Source: Trichosphaerium sp. ATCC 40318 (Eukaryota > Protista > Tubulinea). Taken from it: a stretch of 64,000 nt of DNA. The stretch is taken from contig JALMLS010000461.1 in the NCBI GenBank assembly GCA_038496445.1, positions 1-64,000 on the forward strand, given 5' to 3'. Below the pieces are notes generated by a model, which worked only from the letters and a program-made list of their open reading frames with translations, did no database searches and was not told the origin of the DNA. How positions within the stretch are numbered: position 1 is the stretch's first letter; each line of letters opens with the position of its first letter. A program made the translations under genes and the position numbers. Positions 52,840-64,000 of the stretch are shown here, piece by piece.

Positions 52840-53688
52840 ATGTCTCAAAAAGAATACACTAAACTGTACAAAGAAGCCCTAAAGGACAATTTGGAAAAAG
52901 CCATCAAGTTGTTTAAGGAAACTGTTCCTAAAGCTGACAGGACAGAACTTGCACAAGCGATTGAGGAGCAAAAAAAGACACTAAAGGAAAAAGGAACTGA
53001 AATCACGAAAGTGAAACCAGTTACTGACAAAGATTTCGGCCGGGCACAACGTGGAAATAAATGCCAAAAAGCTTTGATCAAATTTGGTATTGCTACTTTT
53101 CGTAAGTACCCTTCTCCCTTTGCCTTCTCTAAAGCGTTTATCACTGACTCTGTATTGTCACTTAGGTATGGTTTTGAAAATGATTGGGATTCCTGACGAG
53201 ATTGCTGGCGGAGCTGCTGAGGAACTCATGAATGGAGAAGAAGATCCTAAAGAAAAGTTCAAGAAAGCTTTCTTAGCTATCAAGAAAGTACGTAAATATA
53301 CATTTGGTAGCACACACTAACAGTCATCTGTTTAGGCGACAAGTGAAAAAGGAAAAGCTAAAGCAATCATTGGATTCATAAAGGCAATATCAACGAAAAA
53401 AATACTCAAAGCTCTCAAGAACCAATTCAAGAAGCACTCAACGAAAACAAAGTAAGTACACGATCGAACCAGTTTTTTTTTATTGTTGTTGCTAATTCTT
53501 CTTGTTTCAGACTCAAATGGTTGAAATGGGGATTGATTCTCACTGCTAAACTGGTTGCCATCTTTGCAACTGATGGAGTCGCATTGATTGCTATGATTAT
53601 ATTGGCACTGTTTGATGCTGCAAAGTGGGTTACAGCTCTAAACGCTGTTAGAAAAGAATGCTTCAAAAAGAGTACAACCACTACGTGA
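52840..53688 (+). CDS. Lys-rich all-helical protein with C-terminal hydrophobic hairpin
   Basis: Four exons join in frame, ending KLKWLKWGLILTAKLVAIFATDGVALIAMIILALFDAAKWVTALNAVRKECFKKSTTTT*; AATAAA at ~53711. Confidence 0.8.
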
Positions 53689-54366
53689 ATCAGCAAGCAA
53701 CGTTTTATTCAATAAAGCAATTTCCATTTACGAACAGTATAATTTCTGAGATGTGAAAAATCTCGAATTTTCAGTGCTGGTTTGGTTTGCGTCTGACTGT
53801 TACTTCTTACGTTACGACTACAAGAGTACGGATGCCGAATTGCTTAGAGTAGAAGTTTTTTCAGCAAGAGCTTTTCGGAGAGTACTCTGGAATAACCTAA
53901 ATGACACCAGCTCAGTTTGCTGTATACACAAAGCGGTTTTGTGGAGATTGGTGAAAAGCAAGAAATTGTCATGTGATAAGACGTCACTACGCATATTTTA
54001 GCTCAAGAATGTAGTGCAGACTGTAGTTTACAGCTAAAAGTTATTTTGGTTAAACAGAGTGCGTGAGAGTAGTTTGGGTTAAAAAAAAGCGTCTGGTGGC
54101 TTCCAATGAAGCCTAACAACTTTCAATTTATCATAACCATAACCGTTATGTCGATAACCAGTTTTCTAAGACCTTTAGTTTGTCACCCGATTAGCCGATA
54201 AGAACTCATCACTACTTCGTACATAGTGCCCAGGTGTCACATGCACAAGACTAGAGCATTTGTTGTGACAATATCACGGAACTGCGGTCCAAGCTTTTCA
54301 AGATAAGTTACGCGCTTTACCAAATCTCATTTGGGAGAACATAATAAATAGTATATTTCATAAATT

Positions 54367-55620
54367 ATGGTGCTGTACTCTCTAGTTGTTGTATTGGCGT
54401 GTATTGGCTGTATGATTAAAGGACAAATTACAAATTTCAACACCGCAAGTAATATTTGCCAACAAAAGCACGTGATATTACGAAACTTACTTTAAGATCT
54501 AACAATGATTTAGTGGCACAATGTTGCCAGAGATAATTAGCGAAAACGATTTCGAGTTTTTCTTTTACAAGACAGAATCCCTACGGACCGGTTCCGACAG
54601 CCTGTGGCTTAATGCGCATCGTAACGACGATAAAAATTACACGAGGAGCACCTGTCAAGATTGCCGTAACATGAAAAACTGTACAAAATGTGAAGAAGCA
54701 TTATCATCTTTCACCTGGCAGAATAGTCAAACACCTATTTTACAAACTGATCTGTTTCTTGTTGGTGCCAATGGGAGTATTCATACGTTTTTGGTCAAGT
54801 ACTTCAAGAACACCGGTGAACCTAGCTTTGATGGCGCTGGCGGTCAAGAAAGATGTCTTCAGATGCAAAATTTTTTTGGTATGCATCTACATTGTGTCTA
54901 CGGTTGACTGTATCTAGGCTTCAATGACGTCCCATGTAGCTCAAGAGGTTGGCCCGAATGTACTAGTATACCTACAATTACCCCTACAACTGTAGCACCG
55001 AGAAGTATAGTACCTACAGGCACCATATCGCCTAGCTATAATTCCGTCATTGACGGCACCTTTTCTGTAGTTGGAACAACGTATGCCACTTTAGGTAAAG
55101 ACTATAATTACACATGTAAATAACCAAAAATAGGAGATGTCGTGTTTGCAGAGAATACAGTGATTGTTGTTGGTTCTAACTCATCAATCTCAATAGGAGG
55201 ATGTCCTATTTTTAAAGACAACATAGTCATTGATACAACTGCAGTGAGTATTGACTCGTTGACATTGATGAACTTTAGAGATGATTGTGTGATTGATACA
55301 CAAAATGTATCACTTTCAGACATGAACTCATGCTTTAAACAAAGTGCGTAATAACCACAAGTTGAAAGTGTTTCCTAACCTTCTCCCAAACAGATACAGT
55401 TGGAAGTTTAGTTGTCTTATTTTCTTCATCCTGTTCAACACAATCGGATGGTGGCACTGATTTTCCATTGTTACCAGTAGTGATAGCAATTGTATTTGTA
55501 GTTCTTCTTGTAATTTTGATATTGGTATTGACACTGATCATTCCATCATGGCGAGAGCACATTTATCCTTACAGTTGGTCAACACATTCAAAACAAAAAA
55601 GGAATGCAGTAGTACAATAA
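54367..55620 (+). CDS. Type I membrane C-type-lectin-like receptor, copy 1
   Basis: Signal peptide; FxxAxxxC..LPEI..WLN..FTWQ..EPS..ERCLQM..FNDVPC..C; stalk; beta-rich domain; TM; short tail. First intron is GC-AG. Confidence 0.8.
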
Positions 55621-56829
55621 ATAGATGGAAAAGTTACTTATTGCTATCTTGAGCACTTTGAAGCGCCTTTTGGTGAGTATATAAGCAAGAATTAACACGC
55701 TTGCAAGATCCAAGAGTCAGTAACAGCAAAAAGTTACAAAGTGTTGCAAACTTGAACGATACCCACATAAACAATTGTTGTGTAACTACATTTTCTGCGG
55801 AGTGGGTGCTTACGTTTATCTTTATTTAATCCTCAAAAAGCTTACAGCTGGTTTGGTACTCGCGGACATGTTTTTTTTTTTTCCACAACAAATTCTGAGT
55901 TTTTGCTTAGATGTGTTTCAACTCAGCTCAACTTGACTTTGGCTTTGTCGACTCAACTCGACTTAAAACTGAGTCATTAGCAGCACTAGATCTACATTAG
56001 TTTTTCTGTTTACCGTCACAAAGTGAATGTCTGGATTAGAAATACGTTCAGAACAAAGTGTCGGAAATAGTGAATAAACTTATCATGTGCAACAAAAACA
56101 AAAAGGGCAACGTTACCCTCACACCTGTCGAGTGCATCCAATCGCTTAAACCCACGTGATTTACCAAACTCATACAATGAAGGATAACATAGTAACAAAT
56201 AGTTCACATTGTGATAGATCTACACCATTTGACAGAAATGTCAGATCTTGCTAGATCTGCTAAAAGTGCCAACTATCCATGAAACATACAATAAATCAGT
56301 TTTTTATTACAACTTTACTTAAAATCAGTTTTATTCGACGTTTGCTTAGATTCCTCTACAAATCTTTGCACCAAAATCATGTCGTGAATGTGATACTTGA
56401 GCTTGAACCCGAATTTTTCTAAGTATTGGTGGGAGAAGTTCCCATGTGCCTGATATTAATGTAATAAGTCACAATACTAAAAACAGCCTTAAATACTCAC
56501 CTCGGATCGTTTAAAATGCTTAGCCTAAGCGAAGATGTAAAGTACACGCTCATGTTTCTACAGGTTGTATGCCTGTCATGGATGTAGCTTTTACACCATG
56601 GAAAAACACCCTTTAAAAACTTGGACAAATTATTTGGATTGTACCGAGTTTCTCTGAATGTTGCACATCACGCGATCAGTTTAAGTTAAATTTGTGCAGT
56701 CAGTCTATCTATTATACACAACGCTATAGGTTGATAAAGCGTTTATCTCATTTTGTTTATTCTTACACTAGGCCGTAGTACCTCAGCGTTTCTTTCCAGC
56801 AAACTAGAACGACAACAAGTAAAGTCAAA

Positions 56830-58058
56830 ATGGTAGCGCACGTGTTATACTCTATGGTTATTGTATTGGCGTATATCGGTTGTATTAAAAGCCAGTATAG
56901 AGATTTCAACGACGCAAGTAATATTTGCCAACAAAAGCACGTGATACTACGAAACTTACGTTATAATCTAACCATGATTTAGTGGCACAATGTTGCCAGA
57001 GATACTCAACGAAAATGACTTCGAGTTTTTCTTTTACCAGGCAGGATCTGTACCCGGTCTAAGCAACTTGTGGCTTAATGCGCGCCGTAAAAATGATACT
57101 AATTTCACAACGAGCACTTGTCAAGACTGCCATAAAACGGGAGTAAATTGTACTATATGTGAAGAAGCATTGTCGTCTTTCACCTGGCAGAATAGTCAAA
57201 CACCTATTTTACAAACTGATCTGTTTCTTGTTGGTGCCAATGGGAGTATTCATACGTTTTTGGTCAAGTACTTCAAGGTCAACTTTCTCGAACCTAGCTT
57301 TGATGGGCCTGGCGGTCAAGAAAGATGTCTTCAGATGCAAGATACTTTTGGTGTGCATCTACATTGTTTCTACAGTTGACTGTATCTAGGCTTCAATGAC
57401 GTCCCATGTAGCTCACAAAGTCAGATTTATTGTACTAGTATACCTACAATTGCGCCTTATACCATAGAACCGAGCAATAGGGTCATTGATGGCACTTTTT
57501 CTGTAGTTGGAACAACCGAAACATTCTTGGGTACGTCTAGCAATTGTTAATAAGTACTAAACATTTGAAAATAGGAGATGTCGTGTTTCTGGAAGATACA
57601 GTGATTGTTGTTGGTTCTAACTCATCAATCTCAATAGGAGGATGTCCTATTTTTAAAGACAACATAGTCGTTGATACAACTGCAGTGAGTATTGATTCGT
57701 TGACATTGATGAACTTTAGAGATGATTGTGTTATTGATACACAAAACGTATCACTTTCAGACATGAACTCATGCTTTAAACAAAGTGCGTAATAACCAAC
57801 AAGTTGAAAGGTTTCCTAACCTTCTCCCAAACAGATACAGTTGGAAGTTTAGTTGTCTTGTTTTCTTCATCCTGTTCAACACAATCGGATGGTGGCGCTG
57901 ATTTTCCATTGTTACCAGTAGTAATAGCAATTGTAGTTGTAGTTCTTCTTGTAATTTTGATATTGGTATTGACACTGATCATTCCATCATGGCGAGAGCA
58001 TATTTATCCTTACAGTTGGTCAACATATTCAAAACGAAAAAGGAATGCAGTATCATAA
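56830..58058 (+). CDS. C-type-lectin-like receptor, copy 2
   Basis: Tandem paralog with intact frame. Confidence 0.8.
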
Positions 58059-59974
58059 TAAATAGAAACGACATAAACACTTTTTGTGTACCTACATTAT
58101 TATTATATTTCTCTTTGTTTAATCCTCAGAAGCTTACAGCTGGTTTGGTATTTTCTGACATGTTGTGCAGTTTTTGATATTTTTTATCAACGTTATTCCT
58201 CTTTTTTAGCTTAGAAATATCCAAGTAATTTTTGGAGGTAAGCTATTTACTAGAAAAAACCCTCCTTTCTAGGAACGCTAGAGAGGGTCACTTATTTACA
58301 CGATATTACAAAAGGTAGTTATTTAGGTATTTGGGTCGTTTGCTGATACGTTTAATGTTTTTGGTGGAGCATCGCTGTTTATGGATGACATCTCCATTAC
58401 GTGTGATGCGAGCCACTTCGTGTCCCATAGCAAAGGCCGCCTCATTTCGCTGAGCAACAAACATGGTGTGTTGTGGGTGTATCTCTGTAGTCAATATATG
58501 CTGGTGTTTCATAGTCTTTGTTGAAGCTCCAAAATCCAAGCTCACTGTTCCAGAATATTCAAGTAAACATCAAAGCCTAGTCATCGTCCCAGAGACAAAA
58601 CAACCCAAAAAATTGATGAAAGGCAAATGAAACTAGCCCTATTAGGGAAACACTTTGCTAAACTTAAAGCTCTGTGTATTAATTTAAATGTAAAGAATAA
58701 AAACGAGCTTCGTTCTCTGTCTTAGAAGTAATTTCTACCAGGTAAACTAAAAAACTCAGTCAGTTTTTTATACAGCCTTAAAAGAGTTAGGGTTTTGTTA
58801 CTACTGTTCATATTCACAATGTGTCTTACTGGGGTACTTTCTGTATTAAGGCAGTTACTTAACACAATGATTATCATTGTTTACCATTGGCAGCGTATTT
58901 GACTACCTTAAGTTAGTTGTGTTGTGGAATAGTTCACAAATAACACATCATTATGCAACGCTTCTTTTTTCATAACACTGCTCTTATAGGTACTCTTGGT
59001 GATTTTTCAAACCCATTTTAAAACCTTGAAAAATCATGTTTTTTCGTTTTTCTTATTGTAGAAAGTGGGTGTATCTCGCAAGTAAAACAGCCGTTTGGTA
59101 TCTTTTTTTGAACGTGTGCAATTCATAAAGAAAATTGAGCTCGTTCTTACAAGGTATTTTACGGTGCCCGTGTTTTCAATACATGACCGCTATGTAACCG
59201 AAACACTCTGGTTACAATTAAAGGTTGGGAAACGTTGGGCGTCCAGAGTTATTTAAAAACTGAATTTTTTGCCATTTGTTATGAAAAGACCAATGTTTAC
59301 CGTAACACTCTCTAATCAAGCTTATTTTCACTCTAAACTTGATTGGGTATTAAAAAGGCTCTAGAGTAACGTTTCGACATTAAAAATTTCAATTGAAAAT
59401 TTGGGTCGCTAGTCACAATCCCATGAAAAAAAAAAAAAAAGTTGCATGAATTGCAAAAAAAAAAACTGCGACTTAAAGAGTGCCTAAATTAAAGGGCCTA
59501 CTGTCTAGGCATTATTGTAACATTAATTAGACTGGCTAGGATCTATGGCTGTTTGCGTTAAATTACTGTTAACAGAATGGTAATTTCTAAAACACGTGAC
59601 ATAAAATCAGAAAATAAGTAGATGTACTTAGTCTAACTAGTAAAATTAGAGGATGTGCTAATCTAAGTGGTGAAGTTAGAGGATGTGTCCCCTTACTTAA
59701 CACCTTGTATCCCATTAGTGAAACTCTTTGTAGAAAAGCGAATCATAATAAACTATTAAAGACAAGCCCTTTAAAACTTGGACAAATTATTTGGATTGTG
59801 CCGAGTTTCACATCCGCGATCAGTTTAAGTTAAATTTGTGCAGTCAGTCTATCTATTAAATACAACGCTACAGGTTGATAAAGCGTTTATCTCATTTTGT
59901 TCAATCTTACACTAGGCCATAGTACCTCAGTGTTTCTTTCCAGCAAATTAGAACGACAAAAACTAGAGGCCAAA

Positions 59975-61167
59975 ATGGTAGTCCACGTGTTGTACTCTCT
60001 GGTTATTGTATTGGCGTATATCGGTTGTATTAAAAGCCAGTATAGAGATTTCAACGACGCAAGTAATATTTGCCAACAAAAGCACGTGATACTACGAAAC
60101 TTACTTTATGATCTAACAGTGATTTAGTGGCACAATGTTGCCAGAGATACTCAACGAAAATGACTTCGAGTTTTTCTTTTACCAGGCAGGATCTGTACCC
60201 GGTCTAAGCAACCTGTGGCTTAATGCGCGCCGTAAAAATGATACTAATTTCACAACGAGCACTTGTCAAGACTGCCATAAAACGGGAGTAAATTGTACTA
60301 TATGTGAAGAAGCATTATCATCTTTCACCTGGCAGAATAGTCAAACACCTATTTTACAAACTGATCTGTTTCTTGTTGGTGCCAATGGGAGTATTCATAC
60401 GTTTTTGGTCAAGTACTTCAAGGTCAACTTTCTCGAACCTAGCTTTGATGGGCCTGGCGGTCAAGAAAGATGTCTTCAAATGCAAGATACTTTTGGTATG
60501 TCACTACATTGTTTCTACAGTTGACTGTATCTAGGCTTCAATGACGTCCCATGTAGCTCACAAAGTCAGATTTATTGTACTGGTATACCTACAATTGCGC
60601 CTTATACCATAGAACCGAGCAATAGGGTCATTGATGGCACTTTTTCTGTAGTTGGAACAACCGAAACATTCTTGGGTACGTCTAGCAATTGTTAATAAGT
60701 ACTAAACATTTGAAAATAGGAGATGTCGTGTTTCTGGAAGATACAGTGATTGTTGTTGGTTCTAACTCATCAATCTCAATAGGAGGATGTCCTATTTTTA
60801 AAGACAACATAGTCATTGATACAACTGCAGTGAATATTGACTCGTTGACATTGATGAACTTTAGAGATGATTGCGTGATTGATAAACAAAACATATCACT
60901 TTCAGACATGAACTCATGCTTTAAACAAAGTGCGTAATAACCAACAAGTTGAAAGTGTTTCCTAACCTTCTCCCAAACAGATACAGTTGGAAGTTTAGTT
61001 GTCTTGTTTTCTTCATCCTGTTCAACACAATCAAACAGTGGCGCTGATTTTCCATTGTTACCAGTAGTGATAGCAATTGTATTTGTAGTTCTTCTTGTAA
61101 TTTGATATTTGTATTGACACTGATCATTCCATCATGGCGAGAGAACATTTATCCCTACAATAGCTAA
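59975..61167 (+). CDS. C-type-lectin-like receptor, copy 3 (1-bp deletion in the TM-coding T-run; truncated allele or sequencing error)
   Basis: Tandem paralog; gtaatttgat vs gtaattttgat at ~61101. Confidence 0.7.
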
Positions 61168-61331
61168 CCATTTGAAAACCAAAAAATGAATGTAGCAAAG
61201 AAAAGAGAGATGAAGTAAATTGTTCTCTGTTAGTCTACTCGTTTAACAAGTACGCATTTGTCTGCGCTACTACCAACTGAAGTGCATTCAAGTCATTTAT
61301 TTACAATTACGATAGCGTGGCTGTTTATTTG

Positions 61332-64000
61332 CTACGTCTTACGCCTTTTCTTTTTTGGTCTATGAACTGAAACACCCTAAAAAATAAAAGTTAATAATAG
61401 TTCCCAAAACAGGAACAATAAAAACAAACCTCAGCAAGAAGAACAACTTCAAGTCTTTTAAGTCCAATCTTAATACCAGATTCCTTAAGTTGAGTTTGAA
61501 GATCCATTAGGTCAATTGGCTTTAAAAAAAAAGCATTAGCACGTGGACAATAATGAAGTAAAAAATAAGAACAAAAAAGTGACCATGTACTTCATATTGT
61601 AGAGCAGCCTCATACAGCTTTACATTGCTTTTAATGTATTCAAAAACTCTTTTTTTCAACTTCAAGTCCCTCTCTTCCTTCTTTTTGAGTTTCTCATCTT
61701 CTGTCAGTACTCGCCTTTTACGTTTCTTTCCACCATCACTACCAGGACTTTGATCATCCCCTGTGATATCATTAAAAAACAAATTAAGAAAAAAGCAGGA
61801 AAACCACGCAAGTCAGTTACGAACCTGGTCTACGTCCAGCTTCCCATATTTTAATCAATTCAGTTACCATGAATTCTCTAGTGCCTTGTTTTAATCCAAA
61901 CCCAGATGAAGCTTCCTTAAGAAACTGTGTAAGTAATAACAAAGACAGCGCTAAAAATTCATAAATGATGTCTTGCCTTCAGCTCTTTCAAGGTCATCAT
62001 GTCATAATCAGGCATATCATCTTGTTTTTGTGTTTTATTGCGATTATTTGCTGATGCTGAAGCGACAGCGTCACCCAAAGGTATTTCACTCAAATTATCT
62101 AAACAACATTGAGAAAAAGGTTTGAACTTTTTTTATCTTTTTTTGTTCGTTACCCAGGTAATCTACGTGACGACTTAGTCCATTAGTTTCTCCATCATGA
62201 GCATTTGAATGCATTTCCACATCTTGAAGAGATAAATCATCGCTACTATTACTAGTACGTCTTCTTTTTGGTTCACTCTCAGAAGGATGAAGGTTTGCAT
62301 CTTGATCAGAATCATCTCGAGGGCGCTTATTATTATCTCTGAAAGCAAAGCGTCTAATGTGTGTTTGAGGTGATACAACATTGCCTTGAATAAAATTAAG
62401 TATTAGAAAGTAATAAATTAGAGGAAGAAAAAGCGAAAAAACTATTGTGTACCTGCATCATCTGTAAACTGAGTTTTTGGTTTAGCTGTTGGAAATAAAT
62501 GAGCAGGCCCAACTGTAGCTCTTGCTTTTTTCCCTGCAGAAGCAAGGACCCTAGCATTATGTTCACGAACTCTCTGTGGTGTATGAGGAACCTTAATTGA
62601 TAAGTTAGTCCAGCCCGCAGTAGTAAAAGAATCAAGACACTTACTTCTGGTAACTGGAAGTTAAGATCAAAGTCATCAGATTCGTCTACACTTTCATTTC
62701 CATCACCACCCAGAAGAATACAAGATTTAGAAACGCTATGCTTCTTTTTAAGCTTATCTATTTCTCTATCTCGTTGAAACCAAAGTAGACCCATCTAAGG
62801 CAGTGTCAATGAGAAAATAGTAAAAAAAGATGTCATACTTCTTTTAGAAACTCATCCTTTAGCTGTTTAACTTGCTCTTTCAGTGCCATGTGCTTCTCTT
62901 GCTTTAACGCTGTATATTTTCTATTTATAGCCTGAGCTGCATTTTCGAAAGAGTCTGTATTTGAAGATGAAGAAGGAGCAGATACATCGTGATTGGAAAC
63001 AGTTCGTTGCAATACTTTTGAGCTTTGTGAGCGTTTTGATGGTGGCGGTGTTTTTTGTAATACTTCTGTTTCTGGGAGATCCTCTACGTCCCAATGTGTT
63101 TGATCAGGTACAGGTTTAGGAGTATATGCTTTTTTTTTATGTACAGAGCTTATAACTCCTTTAGGTTTTTGAATATAAGGTTGAGTTTTCTCAACTCTTC
63201 TTTGTTCCAACATTGTATCCTCTTCACTATTGTTTTGTATCAAAGAATGCTTCTTGTGCTTTACTTTTAATGATTCACTCTGATCTTTATCATCATCATC
63301 ATTGATACTACTACTTGAAGATTCTGAACGCTTTCTTGGACGTTTGGAGTCCTTGGATATATCTAAAAGTTCATTAGAAGAAATCAGTTGGTGAAAAGTA
63401 AATTGTTTTTCTTCGAACCATTTAATAATTTTGAGACATCTAAAGAACTCTCTGATTCTTGTGGAGGCTCGGTATCATCTTTAGTGGTATTCTTGCGCTT
63501 TATTGAACGTTTAGGTAGATCATCTGTTATTGCAGGAGCAACTACTTCTAAGAAGACTCAGTACATTATGTCGTGAGTGCAAGGAAAGCAACATACCCGT
63601 CTCATCTAGTATTTCTTCTTCTTCTTTACCAGAGTCATCTTGAATACCTTCCAGTACATTAAAATCTTCTTCTTCTTCTGAATGAATACTATCCTTTTTC
63701 TCATCATCTGATGCTTGTGTTAAATCGATAAACTGAGAATCTGGCTTCTGAGATGAACTCTCAAACTCTTCCCTATACTCAACATAAAAAACAAAAACCA
63801 TCCGCATTCACTCAAAAAGAGAGCGACACCACTACGCACATATCGTCAAAATTGATGTTAATATCATCGGATTCATTACCATGATCTGATTTTGATTTTT
63901 CTTCTTCGTCATCATTAATCACTTTCTTTTTATCTTTGTGTGCAGTTTTGTAATCATAAGTCAATAAGTCATCATCACTCTCATCTGCAATAGATATAGA
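61332..64000 (-). CDS. SLX4: SLX4-like structure-specific nuclease scaffold (5' part outside window)
   Basis: Long acidic low-complexity region, then SAP-like MPDYDMMTLKEL..FGLKQGTREFMVTELIKIW and C-terminal SLX1-binding-type YIKSNVKLYEAALQYEPIDL..LKLFLLAEGV. Confidence 0.72.

Noticed and set aside
58306-58545. 79-aa minus-strand ORF in the lectin spacer (similarly 5924-6133)
   Set aside because: No recognisable motif or gene structure. The 5924-6133 frame is not preserved in the right arm.
1-64000. tRNA, rRNA, snRNA, SECIS or telomeric repeats
   Set aside because: None recognised by eye; covariance-model searches were not run.

Overview
Gene-dense, AT-rich genome of a unicellular eukaryote (an amoebozoan-like protist is my inference). 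Genes have many short GT-AG introns with GTACGT/GTATGT/GTAAGT donors and CTAAC-type branch points, use the standard code, and several have TATAAATA boxes. The left half is a large inverted duplication (1-8518 vs 25348-35027) of four surface/secreted protein genes. The arms flank 16.8 kb of mostly single-copy genes: fused pseudouridine glycosidase/kinase, SLC35F5-like transporter, WD40, coiled-coil and LRR-BTB proteins. Three unrelated MITEs are visible; two disrupt exons in the right arm, and one has an apparent excision footprint in the left arm. The right half holds a CNMT/CMAS-type methyltransferase, a PPR protein, RasGEF, TTLL, a Lys-rich helical protein, three tandem C-type-lectin receptor genes with GC-AG introns, and a partial SLX4-like gene. 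The top finding is the gene at 36931-40107. It is one spliced ORF encoding signal peptide + Reeler + Cys-rich domain + membrane helix, then a SECOND internal signal peptide directly followed by His-Asn-Trp and a domain with LPMO-type copper histidine-brace motifs. I interpret it as a signal-peptidase-processed polyprotein that releases an LPMO-like enzyme together with a membrane-tethered partner. All gene models were assembled by eye and no database searches were run.
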